A DNA stretch of 57,955 bases, taken from NCBI GenBank assembly GCA_001938485.1, contig MQRK01198580.1, positions 4,025 to 61,979 on the forward strand. The letters run 5' to 3'. Positions 1-11,620 of this stretch are shown piece by piece; the first letter of the stretch is position 1, and the number at the start of each line of letters is the position of its first letter. A program made the position numbers and the translations under genes. The stretch comes from Girardia tigrina. Lineage: Eukaryota. Below the pieces are notes generated by a model, which was not told where the DNA came from, ran no database searches, and saw only the letters and a program-made list of their open reading frames with translations.

Positions 1-162
1 TATTAAATTCAAATTTATTTTTATAAACTAATCGATTTTATATTTGCAATATTTTTTCTAAATAAATTTATCAATAAATTATTATTTCGTTTAAAATCAC
101 CCCCGCTTATAGTCACATAAAAATGCCAGTCCCTTCAATGTGACTATATGTGGGGTTTACTG
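1..162. mobile_element. End of a pogo/Tigger-type DNA transposon
   Basis: Terminus ...GTGGGGTTTACTG followed by TA, a CAGTA-type TIR. It interrupts the RTE element. Confidence 0.55.
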
Positions 163-164
163 TA

Positions 165-1226
165 CTTCCCCAATGGTTTGATGAAGCTTTGACGACAAAT
201 TTTCGGGGTCACGAGTTACAAGATCTCTCTGAATGCTTTTCGACAATTCTTTTTTCGGCTTCCATTTCGTACTAGCTGTCTTATATCTTTTTGCTTTTAG
301 ATATAAGACTAAGCAATAGTGATCGGATCAACAGTGATAAAGATGCTTAGATTGTACATCTTTGATCTTGTTCACATTTTTTGAACGCACAAAAAAGTAA
401 TCAAGTAGCTCCCTCCTCTTCGTCTCCAGGTGGGTCCAGCTGGTGCTTTTCCACTCATTTTAGCAAAAAAAGGAGTTTACTACCTTTATACCATTCTCTT
501 CAGTTAGTAATACTAACCTTTCCCCATTATCCGACATGTGTGCACTGTGTTCATACTTTCTGATGCTGTGTACTTTGTTTTTTCCATCAAAGTGTATGCG
601 GCAATAGAAGTCTCCTCCCACCACCAACATGCACCCGGACTGCCTAGCTTCTGCTTCTGCTTTTCCAACCACAGTGTTTAAAGAGTCATGGGGTTTTTTA
701 AAGAGAATGGGGTTTTCTCGTTGTCACTGAATCCCCAGTTAGTAGGAGAGTAAACTCCTACGACCATTATTCTGAAGGAAATGATATTCGCTCTGAAAAT
801 TCGATCCGAGAATGCCTCAAACTCGATATCACCTTTAGGTAGTCTGGTTAAAAAAACAAATCCTCTTTCCCTAATTTGTCCGATTCGTGGTTAACTGTTG
901 TAAAGGGTGTACTTTTCATAATTCTCAGTCACGACGTCCAATAGGAGCGTTTCCGTCAGGATGGCTATACATACATTTAGCTTTCCTAGAGTGTCAGTAA
1001 CACTCAAGATTTTCTGATCACCAAACACTCGAAAATTCCATTAATAAACCTTCTTCAAACGAAATTGCGAGTCCCGCCTAGGGGACACCAGTCTGGTCCC
1101 CACTTAGCCTGCTAGACCTAGCTGAGAGAATCCCCTCTCGAATTTAGTTTTGGGTCCAGGATCACAACAAGGACGCATCGAGATGACGAAGATATATATC
1201 CATACGGATGTCATATCTCCGATCCC
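165..1226 (-). mobile_element. 5' part of an RTE-clade non-LTR retrotransposon (APE endonuclease domain, degenerate)
   Basis: Minus-strand translation gives APE motifs ILTET, VGVYSPT, LVVGGDF, DNGERL...VVNSFF, WTH...LLDYFL and SDHY, with stops and frameshifts. GC-richer 5' UTR. Confidence 0.85.
1136..1226 (-). ncRNA. HDV-like self-cleaving ribozyme at the 5' end of the RTE element
   Basis: P1 GGGAUC/GAUCCU (G1.U), J1/2 hairpin, P2 UCUCGA/UCGAGA, P3 GCG/UGU, L3 UCCUUGU, P1.1 CC/GG, J4/2 CUAAA; no P4 stem. Confidence 0.78.
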
Positions 1227-1563
1227 AATTAAAAATAATAATCCTAACCATTTCTTTGTAAAAACTCAAAATAATAAAAATGTTATCAAATTGTTAAATT
1301 AAATTTTATTTAAATTTTATTAGTTTTATTTATATCAAATGAAATGCTTTCTTTTTAAAAAAATATTTAACATGATTTTAATTGTTAATTTTAAAAATAT
1401 AAATTTATCAAATTATTATTTTAATTATGTTCGAATAGTCAATCACTTTAAATTTAAAAAAATATCAATTTCCATCTGGGTGTGAGAATCACCATTCTAA
1501 GTTCAACATACTCAAATCAACATACAACATCAATACATGTACACATTCAAACAATTTAAACTA

Positions 1564-2860
1564 CAGTCTCATGCAGTTAACAATCGTTAACTAGACATTT
1601 ACAGTAGCATGACTGTATTTTGTACTTATAACTTTACCTGTATTTTAATGAAAATATGAAAAGAATTAAAAAGTAAGATTTATCTGTATTTATTTACAAA
1701 AAATAATCACATCAATGATCATGTATATCTATTTCTTTCGCATAGTCAAAAAAAACGTTTGACATGGCGATAATAATTCCTCACTTCTTTGTATTCTTCC
1801 TTTGCCGCTACAGCTCGAATTCTGTTTCTAAAACAAAATGCTGATGAGACAAAGGTAGTATATCAGGATAATTGGTGATCTCTGTTCTTAGATCCCACTT
1901 TAGCTTTGCAAAAAAGCCACAATCAGATTGAGGAATGGTGAATAGGGTGGCAATTGAATAATCTGATAATCAGATGTGATATTGAAGTGGAATTTGGTAT
2001 TATCATGGATTAGATAATGATGAGTTCTGGTTCAATGTGCTGTGTAGTTCGCTGATAAACGACTGATATTTTACGTGATCTACATTGCCACTGTATAATC
2101 TAAACAGCAGTGGGCTATGTTTTACTATCGCCATAATCAGTGACATATTTTTGCCCCTGTTTGTGTTACATTAACTGGTAATCCTTTCTGTGATCGTCCA
2201 TATTGCCTGCTTGTCCATAAATTGAAGTCGATTTCGTCAATGAAGATATACTGATTCATTCTCCAACTTTCATTGAGAAATCGGCCCACATAATCTTGAC
2301 TTACCTTTTTCACAGTGATAAATTTTCCAGTCAGAAATCTGGAAATTGTTGATTCAGATATATTCAATTATTTTGTTTCCTGACTATATCTCTTCATTTC
2401 TGTTAACGTGGATTGCGGCCATTCTTCCACGTATTGAATAATATGTTGGTCCAGATCTTCATCAATAATACGTATTTTGTGGCCTCCATGTTTTCCAATC
2501 GAAATGAGGCCACTTCTTTTATATTTGTACACAATATTTCTGGCCGCTGATTGAGAAATATCTAACTGTCTGAGAAAATATAACTGTCTTGAGAAATATC
2601 TACTCTTAAAAGCTAGAAAATCGAGTGTGTATAAGGCGTGTATTACCTTGTGTATGCATGCATTGCATGTGTGTATCGTGTATGTTAGGGGTAAGGACTT
2701 TTTTTATATTAAAACAACTCTTAAATGCTGTGAGCTATTTCTAAAATCTGTTTTTTTGATATTTTCTAAGTTTTAATTGGTTGTTATTTTTTAGATTGGA
2801 ATTTACAATATAAAATTTGCTATCGAAAGCTGAAATTTCAATCTTAATTGCAAGCGACTG
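1564..2860 (-). mobile_element. Tc1/IS630-like DNA transposon, decayed
   Basis: Imperfect TIRs CAGTCTCATGCAGTTAA and TTAATTGCAAGCGACTG flanked by TA. Transposase remnants: HTH (ISESTISRFL), IFIDE and PYSPFLN. Confidence 0.8.
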
Positions 2861-3923
2861 TATTCCTTGCAATTGTTAAGTTTAAAAATAAAAAACTTTA
2901 GTTTATTTTTTTATGTTTACATAAAAAAAATCGTGGTTTATTTATCAAATAATAAAAATCATTTAATAAAAATTCGAAAATTGGGAATAGTTTTGGATTT
3001 GAATTTGACTTGATATATAGCATCGAAGTTTATGATTTTTTTGGGATCGATTTACAATTGCAATTAAAAAAATTATTAAAAAATGGCGTTTGAATTGTTA
3101 AGTTTTTGTTTGTTAATTGTTATTGATTTTTTATGGAATCTGTTCTAATCTCTAGCTGAAGCTGAGAGCAACCACAGCCATAAAGAGATCCGAGCATGGG
3201 CCCTGGCAGTGATATCGCTGGCAACCTTGTGTAAAGTGGCCCGGTTGATGGAGTTACGGAATTAGGATTTGCTGAGAGATGCAACCAGGCTGGTAGTTTG
3301 TGCCGTAGCGATTTGTTCCATTAGACGGTTTGATTGATTGAAATTTGAAGAAGAGATCGAATCCTTAAAACATCGTAAACTCAGTCTCAATGATCAGATG
3401 TCTTCATTGATCAATATGATTTCTTGTTCTGATAGCGATAAATGTAATAGACAAATCAAAAGATTTTATTATTTAAGTAAAAGTAACAAAGAAACATGCC
3501 GCGGGAGAAGAGGCCGACGCTATTTTTAAATGATAGAGATTTAAATAGTGTTTTTTTCTGATATGACTTTTCATGATGTCCTAGTACACTCAAGTTTATC
3601 ATTAAATTACCAAAATAAAACGAGCCAGAACCCGGTGCCAGCGTCGATTCAATTCACAAGATAACGACTCAATTCGAATTAAAAAAGACCAGGATAGTTG
3701 AGTTTTTTGAGTGGAAAATACCAGAGATTTATGAAAACAGTTAAATGATGAGATATTTCCAAATGTTTTGAACCCGGGACTCACAGCATGTAAGTCACAG
3801 GCTCCTTGCCGGGTTCGCAACTGCACCGACTGTGTTATTACTGGTATTGAAATTTCAAATTAATAAAATGATAAATATCATAACAGTTTACTTTTATCAA
3901 AGAATTTCTTTTTCATGAAAAAA

Positions 3924-3929
3924 TTTATT
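3924..3929 (-). promoter_or_regulatory. Candidate polyadenylation signal of the ENaC gene
   Basis: AATAAA on the minus strand about 70 nt after the stop. Weak evidence in AT-rich DNA. Confidence 0.35.
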
Positions 3930-3996
3930 TCAAATGTTTTTATAGCCATAAAGTAAATCAAGCTAATCTAAATATCAATATAAAATAATGTAGTGA

Positions 3997-4221
3997 TTAT
4001 TTTTCAACAATGTTTTTATTAAAAATATTTTTCTTCTTCATATACGAATGAAATGTGAGAATAGCATCATAAGCAAGAACAAATAATTCACAAACAGTTA
4101 AAAGACTTGAACCCAAATAAAAACCCAAAATACCTCCGATGTCAGAGAATAGACCCACAGAATTGTAAATGAATGATTCTACCATTTCAGAACTGTTAAA
4201 TTCTCCAGGGTTGAAATTTAC
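3997..4221 (-). CDS. DEG/ENaC subunit, exon 2 (TM2 and C-terminus)
   Basis: Acceptor TTACAG|GTA joins in frame as ...NTLK|VNFNPGEF. TM2 LFSDIGGILGFYLGSSLLTVCE has the GxS selectivity filter. Stop at 3997. The spliced product is 525 aa. Confidence 0.93.
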   Translation of the reverse strand, partial: VNFNPGEFNSSEMVESFIYNSVGLFSDIGGILGFYLGSSLLTVCELFVLAYDAILTFHSYMKKKNIFNKNIVEK

Positions 4222-4615
4222 CTGTAAAGAACATGTTAATACATTATGCATTTTATAATTTATTGTATTAAGTATACACATTTATTATAATGATCATAAC
4301 ATTTATTAATTTACTTAATCAACGCCACGTTTTGTTCTTCAAAAACATATTCAGATGGAGATATCCATTGAAAAACCAAATTTAAACATTTAAAAACAAT
4401 AAAATAAGATCATTCAAAATTAAAAAAAAATAATATCAACTGTATTTTTTTTCAAAAAAATTATATTTTAGGAGACTTTTAAAAAGGTTCTTGTAATAAA
4501 AAACTTATCCTATGAAATGAATGAGTTTCTATCCTTTCAAAATCTTCAATGATCTAATGATTATAAGTACATATCAGACGGTCAGATATTCTCAGAAAAT
4601 GACTCAATAATAGTA

Positions 4616-6501
4616 CGGTCCGACCCCGTTTTGGGGCAAATTTCAGCAATTTTGAGGTTTTCCACAAAAAGTGGGGTGCTCAAAAATTAAGTAAAAGATG
4701 TGGGAAAAATGACTTTTATGATAAAAAAATTACTGTATTAATGACTCATAAACCAAGATTAATCAATAAAACTCATAAACCAAGATTAGACATTAAAACC
4801 AAGATAAGTCATTCATTTTATTTTTTAATAAAAAAATCTGTGATTTTCATGTTATTCTTTTGTTTTTTTCCCAATGAACTCATAATATCGGCTTTGAATT
4901 TGTATAGGTGAAGAACATTTTCAGTAGTTTCTTGTTTGATTACATTAAGAAGTGTTGTGAAAGCACATTCAGTATCTTTTATGCTTTTTCCATAATCTAA
5001 ATGTTTCACAAATGTCTCGCTGCTATCTTCTTCATCACTGTTATCATCATCAGAGACGGTCTCTAAAATTGCATTTTCCACAATATCCTGATCAATCGGA
5101 CATTCTTTGTTGTCCTGTTGTTTTCTATTTGTCATAAATTTCAATTTCCAAGGCCTTTTTCAAAGCAATTTTGTATTGTAGATTCAGTTATTTCATCCCA
5201 GGCCATTTTTGAACATGACATTGTATCTAATATTGTGATCGCTTTTATAACTTCATCTATTTCAGCTGTAGGATTTTTGTCACAGATACTTGTTCTCCTC
5301 ATCCAATTATTAAAATGATTTTTAAACGCCTTTATTATCCCCTGATCACATGGCTGTATTAAAGAAGTCGTGTTTTTTTGGTAAAAATATTCCATCAATG
5401 TTTGAATATTGGATAGAAGTAGCATGACAAGTTGCATTGTCTATTAGCAGTGCTACTTTTCTTCCTTTTCCCCTCATTTCTTCATTAAAACGAGATAGCC
5501 AATTCTCTAAGATACTTTTGGTCATCTAGGCTTTGTATGAAGCATCATATGAAGCCTATGGCTTTTAGGTTTACTCCTCTCAATACTCTTGGTGACTTTG
5601 GTCGTCCTATTATAAGCGGCTTATATTTTTCTCCTGTGTAACTGCAACATAAAAGAAGTGAGAGACGTTCTTTTCTCATTTAATGTCAGCTAGATGATTC
5701 ATTTTTATCAACAAAACTTTTTTTTGACAGAGTTTTATAAAAAATTGCAGTTTCGTCACAATTGAAGATGTTTTCTTCACCATATTTTTTGATTAAATCA
5801 TTAAATGTCGAGCGAAAGTTTTCAGCCCTTCTTTATCAGCTGATCGTGCTTCGCCTTGAAGTGTTTTGAATTTTATATCAAACTGTTTCTTAAATCTGTG
5901 GAGCCAACCATTTGAAGCAATGAAGTCTTTATTAGAATGTCTATTTGCGATTTTACGAGCAATAAGTTTTAAAATTGGTCCATTAACCGGGAAACCTTTG
6001 CATCTGAGAGAATGAAACACCTCGTAAACCTCTGTATTTAATTGGTACCCTGTAGTCTCATTTGATGTAGAGCAGCCTTGGTATAGGATTTCCTTCCTTT
6101 TCATTTTCAGCCGGTGTAGACTTCCTTTAGAGATGCCATATTTCTCGCAAATTGACCTGACTGTATATCATTGCATATTCTGATTTTTTCACTTTGATTT
6201 AATTTCTTGGCCATACTCCATCTAAATTTCAGAAAATAAATTTAAAAATTAAGAATTGTGATATTCCTTACCGGATTGAATATTTTAAATTTCTAAATTT
6301 AATAAATCAAATATTTAAACAAAGATTTAAAAATTTTTAAAATTTTAACTAATTTTTCCCATTTGGAGGTTCATTTCTTTATAAAAATTCGTTTTTATAA
6401 GAATTAGTATTAAGGTGATAAAATTTTCCCCAGAACCGAGGTTTTCCCCAAAATAAAGGTTTTCCCCGCAGTTTGGGTTTCTCCAAAACGAGGTCGTACT
6501 G
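4616..6501 (-). mobile_element. pogo/Tigger transposon in the ENaC intron, transposase pseudogenised
   Basis: TIRs CGGTCCGACCCCGTTTTGG and CCAAAACGAGGTCGTACTG with TA TSD. CENP-B HTH (FIASNGWLHRFKK), FNCDETA, IDNATCH and QPCDQGII. Confidence 0.92.
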
Positions 6502-7442
6502 TATGTATTCCAATAGTAAAATATTTGACAATATAATATTAACTTTTAATAGAATACAAACTCGAAAAATCAGGAATGAGGACGAGTGGAGCTTTGTAAA
6601 ATCATGTTACTACAATTTTCTGAACAATTTAGAAATTTAAGAAACAATATTTATAAAAATTGTTAAAACATCCAAAATGAGACACTTATTTATAGTAAAA
6701 TCGAAAACTGAATGTACATTAAAAGCTAATCTTATATTTAAATTTGAATTTTATAGATGTCATAACGCATACATAGGAAAAGCATACTTTGAAAAACTAA
6801 GCAAAGCTCAGGTTTTCAATTCCACCTTTGTTCAAAGCCATCATGCCACCTAGATAATGACCGCGAGCTAGGCAAAAATGATATCCCAACAGAAACTCAA
6901 TTTGTCATTCGTTTGATGTAATTTTAAGGAAGTTTTTGAATAAAATCAAGAAATGAAGAGTATATGGGTTAATAATTACATTTAAAAATTGCGTTAAAAT
7001 TTTTATTAATTTGATTAAATTTTTGAAAGATCTAAAGCTTAATCGTTCATAAATTAATAACTGGTAGGGTCGTTTTTGATGTCTTTGTTTATGGGACAGA
7101 CCTCTCAGCAGTGTTGGTCGATGAGCCAGGAACCAAGTCATAATTATGTTGGCGAATTAATGGGAAGAAATGATTTGTAAAAGGTTATGTAAAATATCTT
7201 TGGATTCTTAAACTAACGTTCAAACTAAACTTTCTTTAACCAATAATTGGACGTATTTCCTTTCTATTTGATATAATATCGATCAAATGATCAGGCTTAA
7301 ATCTTTGAAAGTAATCACAAGTTTCAAAAATTTTAATTTGATTTTTGAATTTTAATTTAATAATTTTTGTTTTTTTTATCATACTAATAAAAATATGTGA
7401 AAAATAACTTTTTAAAATAAGGTCATCAAACTGAACAAATAC

Positions 7443-8795
7443 CTTCAAAGTATTTCCAGTCCAAAGATGAAGCTTATAATCTTCTTCCTGTACTACGGCA
7501 TCAATCATTTCCTTCATACCTGGTCGTGCCGATGAATTCTCAGATAAAATGTTATTAGCCTTCAGAAAATACACTAAATTCTTAAAACTTGGTAGATGGG
7601 GCCAGGCACTTGTACTGGACCCACCTTGGTATTGAAAATATGTACAAGAATAACGATTAACACACAGTTCATTTGCTTGTTGCAAGTACTTGGTCATAAT
7701 ATTAAAGATCAGACGAGTTTTGCTGAGATTAAATCCAGGATCGGTAATATTGAAGCAGTATTTAATATTCGCCAAATTTACATGATATAAAATTGGTAAT
7801 ATGTGTACGTAACAGTCAAATTGTTTTACAATTCTTCTTTGAGTTTCGTCCCAAATGCACATGGAAACTATAGAATAATTTACCATTGTCGAAGGTTCGT
7901 AAATTAAGTTATGATAACCTCGGGAAATACTTTCATCAGTGTCTAAACATTCGTACTCGTTTTGCGAGATCCTTTGATTGAGAAAAGATCTAATAGTATA
8001 CGTAGTTTCCTCTCCTCCTTTCGCTCGAAATTTTGTCGAATCGATTCCCGGAACGCCATTAGGTGCTGTTAAATATATCGTAAAATCATTCGTATAATCT
8101 TTAGATGGAGGATGTTTAAAATTGAAATCAAGAAGGTTGTATTCCCCAAGAGTAATATTGAACTGATCGGGATTATTTGGATCGTGATAATTATCTGAAT
8201 ACAAAATCAAAGTTAGCTTATCATAAGGATTAGTAATTTGACATATTGATGATTGGATTCGTATACAAACTAAATGATCCCAATTCATAATTAAATTAAG
8301 ATCTTGAGGTAATAAATAATGGGACTTATCATTACATATATACTGGATTAAAATAGTGGGAGAATGACGATGGGAAAAGGTTTTAAAAAGTTTCGCTACT
8401 CCAATTGAACCCCATAAAAGGTACGTTCTTAAGAAAGATTCAGTTTTCGTTATATTGCTATTTAACATCATGATTTCTAGTGTAATATTTTTCATATATT
8501 CATATTCATTTTTTGGAGGATATCGAAAAAAAGATTCCGCAAATACTCTGTTTGGACAAACATGAATATCCGGTTGAGAAAATCTTATTGAATCCTTTCT
8601 TGTATTCATTATAGTTTTGTGCATTTTATATTGTTTGAATAATTGAAAACTTTGAACACAGAACCCAGTGGCACAGGTCATTGTAAATAAGATCCATATA
8701 ATCCTTTTAAACGGGTTATGTTCATGTTCGTAAATCTGTGGTACCCCATGAGCCGATGTCGTTTTCAAGCAATTATCAACAAATTCTATTACCAT
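7443..8795 (-). CDS. DEG/ENaC (amiloride-sensitive sodium channel family) subunit, exon 1
   Basis: Contains the pre-TM1 TSAHG gating motif, TM1 (RIIWILFTMTCATGFCVQ), the PDIHVCPN motif, a Cys-rich thumb and STSAWP. The phase-0 donor AAG|GTATTT at 7443/7442 explains the AT-rich run-on tail of ORF 7236..8891. ATG assumed at 8795. Confidence 0.93.
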
Positions 8796-9920
8796 TTTAA
8801 CATACAAAAAGCCTTTTTTACAAAATTCTGAATTTTTAGTAAATAATTCACAATAAATATGACAAAATTGATATTTTGAGAGAGTAAACAAGAGCTGAAT
8901 CCTTTCGGAAACGCATAATTAAATGATTGATGGAAAAACACATTAAATAAAAAAAGAGAATAAATAACGCAAAAATTCATTGGCTTTATCACTTAAATTA
9001 TTTTGCACTTCATAATAGAAATAAATTCCATCCATATAATATTTATTACATTTATTTCAATTTAAGTTCATTTTGATTTGAGTTTCTATTCTATCGAATT
9101 AAAAAATTGTCTTAAGTATTCAAATAAATAAATAAAATCTTTAATTTTAATTACGAGATAAATTTATAATTATCAATCCACACGTTTAATTTTCCATGTT
9201 TTTTATTAGCTTGCTTTCTATATACATAAATATGTTTGTACATATATGTATCCATGGTATTTGGAAACCTACCTTTGAAGGCTTTTTACTCAATAAATTT
9301 TCTCCAAACTTTGCAAACTTACTCATTTTTGATGACAATAAATGATAAAGTGAAAATTTGATCAAAAAAATTTTTTTAAGGTCTTAAAATTGGAACAAAA
9401 CGGTCCCATCGGAGTTCCTGAATAATAATAGCGTAAAAAGATCTACTTATAACTTCTAAGTAGTTTATATTACGAAAAAATAAAAATTGAAAAATAAATA
9501 AAGTCCAGTAAACCGATATCAAGTCTAACTAGTAAATCGCCTTGTACACTTACTCATTTTCGATGACAATAAATGATTATGTGAAAATTTAATTACAAAA
9601 GTTTTTTATATCCATTCTTTATGCGGGAAGAACTCTACTTGGTTAACAGAATTTTTTCGTTACCTTTTGTAGAAGGAAAAATTACTATTATATTTTTTTA
9701 ATAATTTTTTTGTTATTAGTAAATATTTAATTGCAAAAGTGAATTGTAAAAATTTTTCGTTTGATATCTTTATAAATGTATGAAAACTGTTCTAATAATT
9801 CATTACAAAATAATCTATAAAATATACAAATGTTTTCGTTTTCATTTATAATCTTGAAAGTTATTCAATAATAAATTATATTTAAATTAAAATATGTACT
9901 TTAATTTTTCTTAACATTGT

Positions 9921-10421
9921 TGTGAGGAATATTTTAAATTGTTTGAATGTGTAAATGTATGGATGCTGTATGTTGATTTAAATATGTTGAATTTAGAATG
10001 GTGATTCTCCCACCCAGATGGAAATTGGTATTTTTTATTAAATTTAAAGTGATTGACTATTCGAACATAATTAAAATAACCATTTTATAAGTTCATATCT
10101 TTAATTTCAGAATTAAAATTAAGTTTAATAATTTTTAGTAAAATTTAAATTAAATGCATTTTTAATAATTTGATGTCATTTTTATTATTTTGGGATTTAT
10201 TGAAAAATGGTAAAAAATAATATTTTTAATTAATATTTTTAAGAGGTTAAATATTTTAAAAAATAATTTAGAAAAATTGTTCGAATAATCATGATTAAAA
10301 ATAGAAATAAGAAAACCAATTAGAACGATGGCAAACGATGAAAGACTTTCTGAGAGTTTTAATGACTCTAAATGTAATTGCAATAAAGATTTAAACGAGA
10401 CTTGTTTAAATGTTCTTAATA
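9921..10421. mobile_element. Solo LTR
   Basis: TGTGAGGAAT...TGTTCTTAATA termini with exact 5-bp TSD ATTGT. Confidence 0.75.
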
Positions 10422-10729
10422 ATTGTATTCATTATCTTTAACAGTTTTAAGCAACTCGAAACTATACAAAAATATAACATTTACAACTTTTCATACACGA
10501 AACTATTTGTATCTGTAATATTTTGTCCTTTGAACAGTACCGTTCAAAGTAATAAATGAAATAATTCATCTGATTCGAACTGTTACAACTACTGATTTAA
10601 AACATGCTAATTTGATTCACTGTATTTATCAATTTATTGACATATGGCATACTTTTTGTTTTTTTTAGTTTCTCAGTTACTTTTAGTGATAATTGGCAGA
10701 AAATAGGATTTAAGGAGAATCTTATAATG

Positions 10730-11620
10730 ATGAATCATTGTTCTATGCAAAGTAAATATCTCAATCAACTGAAAGTTGTAGCTCGATTGTACATTTCTCA
10801 ATCTTCAGTGACTAAGGTGTGGTAAAGATATGAAAAAGAAGTTTCGGTTACGGTAGAACAAAGATCAAGTAGACTAAGCTTGATGATGCCTCATAATAGA
10901 AACAGAAAGTTAATTTTCATAAAACAAAATCATTTTATTTTTTTATTAAACAGCAAAAATAATTTAAGAATAAATAAGAATTAAAATTCCTTTCAGTACA
11001 ATACTTAGACATATTTTTTACAACTATAAACTGCCACAAATTTTCACACTCTGTAGATTTCATTTGATTAATTCGACACAAAGTCTTATATGAATAAGAT
11101 TTTGGAAGTTGTCCAAAGTTGGATGGTAAATCAATGATCAAAAATAATGTTTAGGGAAGACTTCTTGATATTCGTCCGTAGATCCATTAATATAATGCAT
11201 AACATCAATTACGTTGTTCCTACTATGAAGCTACCAAAGGTGAATGATCTGGGAAACCCTTTCTTATCGTCATTCCTATGTTTCAGTTAATTATAAGAAA
11301 TACAAAAAATGTCAAATTATAAGTATTTAACAAATATAAGTAGGGAATAAAGAACAATCTACTGGCAAGATTTTCCACTCTGACATATCAAAGTTGACAA
11401 AGTCTTTCTTTGCTCGAAACAATGTAGGTTCTCAATAAGCCTGGAAACTCACTAGATTTTAACCCAATCGAAAATCTGTGGACTTTGATGAAGAAATGAA
11501 ATAGCTAGTACAATCAAGGAAGCATGGATAAATTTAGAAAAACGTCTGAACACAAGAAAAACCTCACGAATTTTGTTAGGAACTTGTTGTTTAAGGCTTA
11601 CTGGAATAAAGCCATGTTCA
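10730..11620 (+). mobile_element. Tc1-like transposase relic
   Basis: HTH remnant (VARLYISQSSVTKVW) and DFNPIENLWTLMKK at about 11455-11495; many stops. Confidence 0.65.

Noticed and set aside
7236-7442. C-terminal tail of the 551-aa ORF
   Set aside because: Intron read-through after the donor at 7442. The true TM2 is in exon 2.
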